DNA of 64,000 nucleotides from a virus: IMG/VR virus record IMGVR_UViG_3300040815_002027; one strand, 5' to 3'. Shown piece by piece: positions 63,347 to 64,000 of this stretch (position 1 is its first letter; each line of letters starts with the position of its first letter). The notes under the pieces were generated by a model. It saw only the letters and a program-made list of their open reading frames with translations, ran no database searches and was not told where the DNA came from. The position numbers and the translations under genes were made by a program.

Positions 63347-63718
63347 ATTTTTTACTATATTTGTGTTTTTAAACAAAACTCATAATTATGAAAGTTTTAA
63401 TTATTACTTCTGTAGTTATCTTAATTGGGGTAGGTCTATACTACTCTATTAAGAACTACCTTAATGAAGAAAGAGAAAAAGATTTAACTGTTAGTGGTAA
63501 GAACGTTAAGACCACAAGTACCCCAAGAAAAAAATCTACAAAGAAATAACTCGATTTCTTCCTTTTTACCTCCCTGTTTAGGGAGGTTTTTTCTAACCTT
63601 AAAAATTTAAAAGTTATGACATTAATTTCAGTTATTGGAGCATTATTCATCGCAGTAGCCATTTACCTAGCAGTAGAAGACGCAAAAAATTGTTAACACC
63701 TATTTATAATAAAAGCCT

Positions 63719-63952
63719 ATGCAAGAAAGTATAAAAAGAATAGGAGATAAATGGGTTGTTTATCCTAAAAAAGGCGGGAGCAGACTCGGAACTCACTCCT
63801 CTAAAGAAAAAGCACAAAAACAACTATCTGCTATAGAAATAAGTAAAAAAGAAAGAGGTGTAAAAGAATACATCAAACAAAGAATGGTAGATGTAAAAGA
63901 TAAGAGATTGTTCTTAGAAAGATTATTAGAAAAATGTAAATGTAAAAATTAA
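63719..63952 (+). CDS. Small basic phage protein
   Basis: WVVYPKKGGSRLGTHSSKEKAQKQLSAIEISK; after TATTTATA at 63701. Confidence 0.6.
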   Translation: MQESIKRIGDKWVVYPKKGGSRLGTHSSKEKAQKQLSAIEISKKERGVKEYIKQRMVDVKDKRLFLERLLEKCKCKN

Positions 63953-64000
63953 ATTATGGATGATAGACAATTTGAACAATGGTCTACAGGGTTTATAGCC

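Larger units (their letters stand above)
7954..63708 (+). promoter_or_regulatory. Dispersed putative phage-specific (late) promoter TATTTATA
   Basis: At 7954, 12538, 15450, 25684, 26355 (variant), 27550, 32693, 47230, 50095, 59670, 60815, 63701, each about 10-45 nt before a start codon. Confidence 0.6.

Noticed and set aside
1-64000. Stop-codon reassignment and minus-strand genes
   Set aside because: Standard code gives dense intact ORFs ending in TAA or TAG; minus-strand ORFs mostly shadow + strand genes and none shows a recognisable motif

Overview
AT-rich window with essentially all genes on the + strand, most consistent with a large (jumbo-type) dsDNA phage of a Bacteroidota host. The host call rests on many TTTG-N19/20-TAnnTTTG Bacteroidota sigma-A promoters; no rRNA or core capsid/terminase genes are visible. 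Layout: (i) 1-7.5 kb glycosyl-/methyltransferase cluster. (ii) 7.5-20.7 kb mixed genes (nucleotidyltransferase polyprotein, HNH, kinase, SNase, subtilase, GH73, MazG, phosphoesterase). (iii) 20.7-22.9 kb a 428-aa TnpB/Cas12f-like nuclease with intact RuvC triad, then an omegaRNA-like structured RNA ending in an anti-repeat, then an 11-repeat CRISPR array (36-bp repeats, 30-bp spacers), with no cas1/cas2 or tnpA. (iv) 25.7-33.5 kb, plus one site at 42 kb: small genes bounded by nested AAC...GTT inverted repeats and a recurring TAACTATTTGTTAATCCAAG site, an integron attC/attI-like architecture with no integrase in view. (v) 36-47 kb a modular early-type region of promoter-gene-terminator units separated by nine CTTATAAGG-N22-TTGCGTGTTT(G) motifs and 31-bp phased repeats, possibly a long terminal repeat. 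(vi) 47-64 kb late-type genes behind a TATTTATA motif, many with an MxKLKxLL/ILxE leader fused to ART-like, kinase, GNAT or ParB payloads, plus WYL, LRR, TonB-C and GH16 genes. All functional calls come from motif recognition by eye; no searches were run.
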